From an uncultured Vampirovibrio sp. (lineage in GTDB: Bacteria > Cyanobacteriota > Vampirovibrionia > Gastranaerophilales > Gastranaerophilaceae), in the NCBI GenBank assembly GCA_910578465.1, contig CAJTPW010000003.1, positions 121,973-185,972 of the forward strand: a stretch of 64,000 nucleotides of DNA. Reading direction: 5' to 3'. The notes under the pieces were generated by a model, which saw only the letters and a program-made list of their open reading frames with translations, did not search any database and was not told the origin of the DNA. How positions within the stretch are numbered: the first letter of the stretch is position 1; every line of letters starts with the position of its first letter. Below are positions 18,003-24,993 of this stretch, piece after piece. A program made the position numbers and the translations under genes.

Positions 18003-18603
18003 TAACTTTTATTTCATCCTTCGCAAATTTTTTGATATCGTTAAACAAATCCTGCTTTTCTTTATTTATTATATCATACTTATCTTCTGCGCCAAAAGAG
18101 ACCACTATTGGAGCATAATCGTAACCGTTATAAAATAATGTCCATTCATCGACCTTCAAACGGTATATATCCCAAAATTTAACTATGCTTTTATAATATC
18201 TGCGGATAATATCTTCTTCTAAAACATTGTGCCCGCCGTTTTCTACACGTGTTTTAACTCTTTTAATGCAAGTTGTACAGCTTTGTAAAAAAGAATATAC
18301 CAGTATAATTTTGTAACCTTGTTTTTTGGCATTGTCTATGATTCTGATAATATTATTTCCTGAAAGAGTTGATTCTATTGCAAAAGATTTCTCTTTTTCA
18401 AAAAATGTTTTTAATCTTTTAAAATATTCTTTTCCGGCTGAAATCGGTACACTGTTAATTGCATTTGGGGCGATTTCTTTTGCTATTTCATCAGCGTTTA
18501 GAAACAATAAATCTTTTTCTTTCAAAAGAACCTCAGCAAGAGTGCTTTTGCCGCTGCCGTTAGCTCCGGCTATAATGTATAGTAGCTTTTCTTTATTCTC
18601 CAT
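17992..18603 (-). CDS. zeta-toxin / COG4185-like P-loop kinase-fold protein
   Basis: Walker A IIAGANGSGKST, NADEIA, ESTLSG and RVKTRVENGGHNVLEEDIIRRY motifs match the zeta-like ATPase pattern as I remember it. About 200 aa. Confidence 0.6.
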   Translation of the reverse strand: MENKEKLLYIIAGANGSGKSTLAEVLLKEKDLLFLNADEIAKEIAPNAINSVPISAGKEYFKRLKTFFEKEKSFAIESTLSGNNIIRIIDNAKKQGYKIILVYSFLQSCTTCIKRVKTRVENGGHNVLEEDIIRRYYKSIVKFWDIYRLKVDEWTLFYNGYDYAPIVVSFGAEDKYDIINKEKQDLFNDIKKFAKDEIKVNDR

Positions 18604-18727
18604 AATGAAATTTTATCATAAAATACAATTGTCCTGCTTTCAATAAAAACTTTCAAAATGCTTATTTTTGTAATAATATGTTTACTGAAAACAAAGTATT
18701 ACTAACATGTTTTAAGGAATTTTGAAG

Positions 18728-21565
18728 ATGACAGAATCACCCGTGGAAAATAAAAAAGAGTTTAAGGACACCTTAAATTTGCCAAAAACCACTTTGGAAA
18801 TGCGCGCAAATGCAACCAAAAAAGAACCTGAAACCCAAAAATTCTGGGAAGAAAATCAGATTTATGAAAAAAATATTGCACAAAGAGATAAAAATAATTC
18901 TTTTGTTTTGCATGACGGTCCTCCATATTTAAGCTCCGAAAAAATTCACGTTGGAACAGCTTTAAACAAAATCTTAAAAGATATCCTTATAAAATATAAA
19001 TCAATGTCAGGTTTTTATGCGCCATATGTTCCGGGGTATGACGGTCACGGGCTTCCGATTGAAAATGCCGTTGTAAAAAACATTAAAGGCGGAAGAGAAG
19101 CGCTCACTCCTGCCGAACTTCGCGCAAAATGCAGAGAGTTTGCGCATAAAAATTTAAAAGGGCAGGAGGCTGAATTCAAGCGTCTTGGCGTTTGGGGAAA
19201 CTGGGAAAATCCTTATCTTACAATCAACCCTGATTTTGAAGCGGAACAGGTTCGCGTTTTTGGCGAAATGTATAAAAAAGGATATATTGAAAAGGGCTTA
19301 AAGCCTGTATACTGGTGTGCTTCTTGTGAAACGGCGCTTGCTGAGGCGGAAGTTGAATATGCAGATCATACATCAACTTCAATTTATGTTCGTTTCAAAT
19401 TTGACGATGAAGCCGTTGATAAAATCGGTAAAATGATAAACCTCCCGAATAACAATGTTTATGCGGTTATCTGGACAACAACCCCCTGGACAATGCCTTC
19501 AAATATGGCAATAAGTATGCACCCGAGGTTTGAATATACATTCTTTAAAAAAGATAACGATATTTATGTTATTGCTCAAGAGCTTTTATCAAGCTTTTTA
19601 GCGGATGTCAGCTGGGAAGAAAGTGAAATTGAAGTTATAGGCTCTTGCACGGGAGCTGATTTAGAGCTTTTAAACACAAAACACCCTCTGTATGAAAGAA
19701 AATCTCCGATAATTTTAGGTGAACACGTAACGCTTGAAGCAGGTACGGGTGCTGTTCATACAGCCCCCGGGCATGGTTTAGAGGACTATGAAGTCGGCTG
19801 CAGATATAATATTGATGTGTTTTCTCCGTTAGATAGCAAAGGCTGCTGGACAGAGATTGTCGGCGATAAAGATTTAGAAGGCGTTCCTTATTACAAAGGA
19901 AATAAAATTGTAATCGAAAAACTTCAAAACGCAGGTGCCCTGCTTGCTTCTGCAGATATTAACCACAGCTATCCTCACTGCTGGAGATGTAAAAACCCTG
20001 TAATATACAGGGCAACACCCCAGTGGTTTGTGAAGGTGGATAAATTCCGCGCGCAAACACTTGATGCAATTAAAGGAGTAAAATTTATTCCTGCAAGCGG
20101 CGAAAAAAGAATTTCAAATATGGTTGAAAACAGAACGGACTGGTGTATTTCCCGCCAGAGAGCCTGGGGTGTTCCCATTCCTGTTTTCTACTGTGAAGAT
20201 TGTAATGAAGTTATCGTAAATGATGCGACAATTGAAAACGTAGCAAAAATCTTTGAAAAAGAAAGTTCTGACGCATGGGTGAAACGCTCTGTTGCGGAGC
20301 TTTTGCCCGAAGGTTTTAAATGTCCCAAATGCGGAAGCGTTCATATTAAAAAAGAAAATGATATTATGGATGTCTGGTTTGATTCAGGGGTAACCTGGCG
20401 TGCCGTTGTTGAAAAGAGGGCTGAAGAATTAGGCCATACCCCCGTTGATATGTATCTTGAAGGTTCAGACCAGCACAGAGGCTGGTTCCAGTCTTCTCTT
20501 TTAACATCAATGGCTGTAAAGGGACAGGCTCCGTATAAATCCGTTTTAACGCACGGGTTTGTTTTCGGGGAAGACGGCAGAAAAATGTCAAAATCTTTGG
20601 GAAACTACATCAGGCCCGATGATATCATTAAAAACTACGGTGCTGATATTTTAAGGCTCTGGGCTGCAAGCGTTGATTACAGAAATGATACTAAAATCGG
20701 CGATAATATTATTAAACAGCTTTCAGAAATCTTTAAAAAGACAAGAAATACGGCAAGGTTTTTACTCGGGAATATTTTTGATTTTGACCCTGCGGTTGAT
20801 TACGTTAAATATGAAGATTTAAAACCTATTGATAAATTTGCGCTTCACAAACTGAACAAGGTTGTGGAAGAGGTAACTGTTGCATTTGACAACTACGAAT
20901 TTTATAAATATTTTCAATGTTTGCAAAACTTTGCCGCAGTTGATTTGAGTGCATTTTACCTTGATATTGTAAAAGACAGGCTCTATACGGCAGGCAAAAA
21001 ATCATTATCCCGCCGCGCTTCTCAAACCGTTCTTTATGAAACATTGCAGGTATTGGCAAGGATTTTGACTCCAGTTATGCCTCATCAGGCGGAAGATATC
21101 TGGCAAAATACCCCGGAATGCCAGAGGGGCGGAATCGAAAGCGTTCTTTTGTGCGATTGGCCAAAGGTAAGAACTGAATGGAACAATGAAGCCATAGATA
21201 CCGAATTTTCAAAGCTTTTAAAGGTGAGAGAAATTGTAACCAAGGCAATTGAACCCTTAAGGGCATCTGAAGATAAAATTATCGGAAGTTCTCTTGAAGC
21301 GGATGTTTTAATTCAGGCTGAAAAGAGCTCTGTAATTGAAGATACGGTTCTTAAAAAATATGAAGCCGACTTAAAAGATTTATTCATCGTATCTCATGCT
21401 TATGTTTCCGTAAAAGACGGCTTTAAATCCGTAAATGAATACGAAGAAGACGGTATCAAAGTTTCCGTTCGAAAGGCGGAAGGCGAGAAATGCCAGAGAT
21501 GCTGGAAATACAGGGAATTAAACGCTGACGGCATTTGCCCCGATTGCGTTGATGCTGTAAAATAG
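18728..21565 (+). CDS. ileS: isoleucine--tRNA ligase
   Basis: HDGPPY...HVGT (HIGH-type) and KMSKSLGN motifs, C-terminal zinc-binding CxxC pairs, about 945 aa. Confidence 0.95.
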   Translation: MTESPVENKKEFKDTLNLPKTTLEMRANATKKEPETQKFWEENQIYEKNIAQRDKNNSFVLHDGPPYLSSEKIHVGTALNKILKDILIKYKSMSGFYAPYVPGYDGHGLPIENAVVKNIKGGREALTPAELRAKCREFAHKNLKGQEAEFKRLGVWGNWENPYLTINPDFEAEQVRVFGEMYKKGYIEKGLKPVYWCASCETALAEAEVEYADHTSTSIYVRFKFDDEAVDKIGKMINLPNNNVYAVIWTTTPWTMPSNMAISMHPRFEYTFFKKDNDIYVIAQELLSSFLADVSWEESEIEVIGSCTGADLELLNTKHPLYERKSPIILGEHVTLEAGTGAVHTAPGHGLEDYEVGCRYNIDVFSPLDSKGCWTEIVGDKDLEGVPYYKGNKIVIEKLQNAGALLASADINHSYPHCWRCKNPVIYRATPQWFVKVDKFRAQTLDAIKGVKFIPASGEKRISNMVENRTDWCISRQRAWGVPIPVFYCEDCNEVIVNDATIENVAKIFEKESSDAWVKRSVAELLPEGFKCPKCGSVHIKKENDIMDVWFDSGVTWRAVVEKRAEELGHTPVDMYLEGSDQHRGWFQSSLLTSMAVKGQAPYKSVLTHGFVFGEDGRKMSKSLGNYIRPDDIIKNYGADILRLWAASVDYRNDTKIGDNIIKQLSEIFKKTRNTARFLLGNIFDFDPAVDYVKYEDLKPIDKFALHKLNKVVEEVTVAFDNYEFYKYFQCLQNFAAVDLSAFYLDIVKDRLYTAGKKSLSRRASQTVLYETLQVLARILTPVMPHQAEDIWQNTPECQRGGIESVLLCDWPKVRTEWNNEAIDTEFSKLLKVREIVTKAIEPLRASEDKIIGSSLEADVLIQAEKSSVIEDTVLKKYEADLKDLFIVSHAYVSVKDGFKSVNEYEEDGIKVSVRKAEGEKCQRCWKYRELNADGICPDCVDAVK

Positions 21566-21601
21566 ATTCTTATAAGTCTATAGGTTTTCATAACAAAATT
21601 T

Positions 21602-21643
21602 AAAACTCCCTTGAAATGTTTTGAGATATTTAAGGGAGTTTTT
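21602..21643. terminator. bidirectional intrinsic terminator between convergent ileS and the HAD gene
   Basis: AAAACTCCCTT - 19 nt - AAGGGAGTTTT, with an A-run and a T-run flanking. Confidence 0.7.
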
Positions 21644-21676
21644 ACAATGTTTAATACAAAATCTGATATTTTGCAC

Positions 21677-22165
21677 CTATTTTCTTATTGTGAGCCTTTC
21701 TAAGAAACGGACAAACCTTGTCAGTGGTCCTTCCTTGTCTTTTGAAATAGAATCAACAAGGATTGTTGTCATATTTGCCTTTTTGCCTGCAAGAATGTCC
21801 GTCAAGGGCCTGTCGCCTACCATGCAGGCTTCTTTTTCATCAATGTTGAATTCTCTGCAGGCAAGCTTTAAAACCTTTGTGTCGGGTTTTTTTGCGTTTG
21901 AATAAATTTTAATGTCGCACTGCTCTTCCACCATATTTATATAATGTTTTTTGCAGTTGTTTGAAACGATTGCAATTTTAAAATTCTTTGAAAGGCGGTT
22001 TAAAAATTCAAGTGTCTCCTCCGTGAATTTACCCGTTTTTGATTGCATTACGGTTGAATCAAGGTCAAAAAATACACATTTTATGCCGCGTGCCAAAAGT
22101 TCTTCTTCTTTAATATCGTATATTGAATTCAGGTTAAAATCGGGTTTTATTCGCATATTGTGCAT
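21677..22165 (-). CDS. HAD-superfamily phosphatase, YqeG-like (subfamily IIIA)
   Basis: FFDLDSTV (DxDxT) and VGDRPLTDILAG motifs. About 160 aa. Confidence 0.75.
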   Translation of the reverse strand: MHNMRIKPDFNLNSIYDIKEEELLARGIKCVFFDLDSTVMQSKTGKFTEETLEFLNRLSKNFKIAIVSNNCKKHYINMVEEQCDIKIYSNAKKPDTKVLKLACREFNIDEKEACMVGDRPLTDILAGKKANMTTILVDSISKDKEGPLTRFVRFLERLTIRK

Positions 22166-23442
22166 TCCTTAATATCATTTTCGCTAAAATTTTTAATCCC
22201 TACTGTTCTAAGAAGCGCCCAGTTCCATTCTTTTTGCCAAAGGGTCGAATCTAAAGCCTCATTCTCGTTGCAAAGCTCTTCAAACTCAACCCACGCTTCA
22301 TCGTTTGTGTTTGCAAGTTCACTATCATCTCTGGATTCATTGATTATTTCAATAACCCTTGCTCTTGTTTTATATTCAGGGGTAATTATTTCAACTTCAT
22401 CATTCAGGTGTACCTTATTTTTAAAGCAAACCTTGAATTTGTCTCCTTTTTTCTCTAAGACAATCCCGAGAAAATCTGCCCCTGCTAAGCCCTTTGAAAT
22501 ATCATAGCTGTAACTTTCCGTGTTATTGTCTCCAAGGAAAAAGCCGTTTGTATAGCCCCTGTTTCCAACCTTTAAAAGCTCCATAAACCCATCATCCGCT
22601 GATATTTTTCCATCCAGCACTTCTCTGTAGGCTTTGGATACGGCAGAAACGTAATACAGGCTTTTTGTCCTGCCCTCAACTTTGATTGAATTCACACCGA
22701 TATTTCTTAAATCATCCGCAAAGCGGACAAGGCATAAATCCTTCGGGGATAAGATGTGAGAACCTTTTTCATCTTCAACTATTTCATAATATTCCCCGGG
22801 CCTTGTCTCTTCAAGAAGCTTATAGCTCCATCTGCAAGGCTGTGCACAGCCTCCGTGGTTTGCTTTTCTTTCGTGTCCTGTCATATAATCAGACAAAAGA
22901 CACCGCCCCGAATAGCTCATACACTGTGATCCGTGGACAAAACATTCAAGCTCAATATCAGGTACAGCGTTTCTTATTTCTTCAATCTGCTTTAGGGAAA
23001 GTTCGCGTGCCAGAATTACCCTTTTTGCACCCAAATCTCTCCAGAATTTAACGGCTTCCGAATTTAGCGTGTTGGTTTGGGTTGAAATATGAATGTCGAT
23101 ATTCGGCAGCTCTTTTTTTACGGTATTATACACCCCAAAGTCGCTTAGAATAATCGCATGCGGGGCTGCATCTTTTATTGTTTCAATGTCTTCATAAAGC
23201 TTTTTAATGTCATCATCGTATGCAAAAATGTTCAGGGTTAAATAAACTTTTTTATTAATCCTTCGTGCTTCATCCACGGCAATTTTCAGATTGTCTCTTG
23301 TGATGAGCTCACCCTTTCTCATTGTTCGAAGTGAATAATCCACCATACCGAGATAACACGCATCTGCTCCGTAAGCAAAGGCGTAGCGCATTTTTTCAAT
23401 ATTGCCCGCAGGCATTAGCAATTCTATATTTCCCATATTCAA
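22147..23442 (-). CDS. peptidase U32 family protein
   Basis: ELECFVHGSQCMSYSGRCLLS signature of the U32 family. Confidence 0.85.
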   Translation of the reverse strand: MNMGNIELLMPAGNIEKMRYAFAYGADACYLGMVDYSLRTMRKGELITRDNLKIAVDEARRINKKVYLTLNIFAYDDDIKKLYEDIETIKDAAPHAIILSDFGVYNTVKKELPNIDIHISTQTNTLNSEAVKFWRDLGAKRVILARELSLKQIEEIRNAVPDIELECFVHGSQCMSYSGRCLLSDYMTGHERKANHGGCAQPCRWSYKLLEETRPGEYYEIVEDEKGSHILSPKDLCLVRFADDLRNIGVNSIKVEGRTKSLYYVSAVSKAYREVLDGKISADDGFMELLKVGNRGYTNGFFLGDNNTESYSYDISKGLAGADFLGIVLEKKGDKFKVCFKNKVHLNDEVEIITPEYKTRARVIEIINESRDDSELANTNDEAWVEFEELCNENEALDSTLWQKEWNWALLRTVGIKNFSENDIKECTICE

Positions 23443-23557
23443 AATTTTAGCATAAAAATTTTTGGTATGAATTTTGAATAAAAGCGTTTAAAAGAGCAAT
23501 AAATTTTGTGTTTGTGTTTTATAATGATATAAAAAGTTTATCTTTAGTGAGGAAAAA

Positions 23558-24523
23558 ATGACAAACATTACTCCAAATCCGAATTTACAGACGTTTAACC
23601 AGCTATACGGCACGGGATATCAGCCTTCAAATATGGCTTCCTTATCAGCGCCTTTAAATGCAGCGCCAAGTGCTCCTGCGCCGAATTTAAATACAAATAA
23701 TCAGCTTGAAAAAACTCCAAAAAGCGATACCATAACGATTGCGGGCAAAACAATAAAGAAGAAAACCGCAATAATGGCTGGGCTTGGAACACTTGCAGCG
23801 GCAGCAGCAGTTGGTGCAGCGATAGTTTTCGGTGCAAGAAAAGGAAAAGTTCCTGCTGAAGTGAAAGCCGCAACGGAAGCAGCAGAAGCTATGACCCAAA
23901 AAGCTAATGAACTTGTCGAAACCGTTCAAAAGAAAATCGATTCTGTTGTTGAATTGTTCAAAAACGGCGGAAAAGACGCAGACGGCAAAATTGTTGCAAC
24001 AATCAGCGATAGTGCGGATGATGTTTCAGAAAAGATTATGGAAGAATTTGCCGAAGATGGCTCAACGGTTTTAAGAAGAAGTATATTTAAAAACGATGTT
24101 CCTGCTTTAATAGAAGAATTTACTGAAGACGGAAAGGGCAATGTTATTTTCTTATCATACGGCAAACCATATGAATATCATGAAGGCATTGAAGGCCTTC
24201 CGGACGGAAGCAGAAAAATTGCAAAGCTACTTTTATTTACTGACGGCAAACCCATAGAATATAATGAAGGCTTTGAAGGGTTTTCAAGCGGAACCAAAAA
24301 AATGGCAAAAGAACTTTTAATTCATGACGGCAAACCATATGAATATCATGAAGGCCTTGAAGAGTTTTCAAGCGGAACTATCAAAATGGGAAAGATACTT
24401 TTCTTACCAGACGGCAAACCTGATGAATATCATGAAGGTATTAAACTTTTTTCAGATGGAAGCGAAAAAATTGCAAAGATACTTTCCTTTAAAGACGGTA
24501 AATGGGTTGAAGCTGCAGAATAG
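23558..24523 (+). CDS. hypothetical single-pass membrane protein with 28-aa tandem DGKPxEYxEG repeats
   Basis: LEKTPKSDTITIAGK box plus the TM AIMAGLGTLAAAAAVGAAIVFG. Four 28-aa repeats plus a partial one. Paralogue of 9302-10762. Confidence 0.6.
   Translation: MTNITPNPNLQTFNQLYGTGYQPSNMASLSAPLNAAPSAPAPNLNTNNQLEKTPKSDTITIAGKTIKKKTAIMAGLGTLAAAAAVGAAIVFGARKGKVPAEVKAATEAAEAMTQKANELVETVQKKIDSVVELFKNGGKDADGKIVATISDSADDVSEKIMEEFAEDGSTVLRRSIFKNDVPALIEEFTEDGKGNVIFLSYGKPYEYHEGIEGLPDGSRKIAKLLLFTDGKPIEYNEGFEGFSSGTKKMAKELLIHDGKPYEYHEGLEEFSSGTIKMGKILFLPDGKPDEYHEGIKLFSDGSEKIAKILSFKDGKWVEAAE
24158..24505 (+). repeat. intragenic tandem repeat, 84-nt period, four units plus a partial unit
   Basis: (T/G)ACGGCAAACC... 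recurs at 24158, 24242, 24326 and 24410, with a partial unit at 24494. It encodes the DGKP(Y/I/D)EY(H/N)EG units. Confidence 0.9.
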
Positions 24524-24543
24524 TTTTTAAAGTGTAATATAAA

Positions 24544-24577
24544 ACACCCTCTCTTAACTTTAGGGAGGGTGTTTTTG
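24544..24577. terminator. bidirectional intrinsic terminator
   Basis: ACACCCTC - 13 nt - GAGGGTGT followed by TTTTT and preceded by AAA. Lies between convergent genes. Confidence 0.75.
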
Positions 24578-24618
24578 TGTGGAATACTTGTGCGCTGCGG
24601 TTTTTCAGCCCCGCGGGA

Positions 24619-24894
24619 TTATTCCATTTCAATGTCTAATACGCAGCATTTGAACGTAAATGCTTTAATATGATGAGAGGGAATATTAAGCCATCTGAAT
24701 TGATGAACTTTTTTAATTCCGTCATGCATGCATTCTGCAGTAGCATCCTGTAAAGTGATTACTTCGTCCATACATTTTTCTTCTTTGCAATCAATAAGGG
24801 TGCCTGTGATTTTCTTATGTCCTACCCAAAGCACTAAAACATCAGATTCAACAGTTTTTGCAATTTTATAAATCGCATCATAAGTTTTACACAT
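24619..24894 (-). CDS. hypothetical 91-aa Cys/His-containing protein
   Basis: Clean ORF with AAAGGAGAA upstream of the ATG. No family recognised. Confidence 0.4.
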   Translation of the reverse strand: MCKTYDAIYKIAKTVESDVLVLWVGHKKITGTLIDCKEEKCMDEVITLQDATAECMHDGIKKVHQFRWLNIPSHHIKAFTFKCCVLDIEME

Positions 24895-24993
24895 AAAATT
24901 CTCCTTTCAAATATAGAACGAGAATATCCCGCGCAATAAGAAAAAATATCCCACAGGAGGCGGCATTACATAACTATGTTTAAAAAATTTAAT

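Noticed and set aside
18604-18727. T-box or other leader riboswitches upstream of the aminoacyl-tRNA synthetase genes ileS, alaS (36903-37032), cysS and hisS.
   Set aside because: The leaders are short (30-130 nt), AT-rich and lack the conserved T-box sequence (AGGGUGGUACCGCG-like) or a terminator/antiterminator pair.
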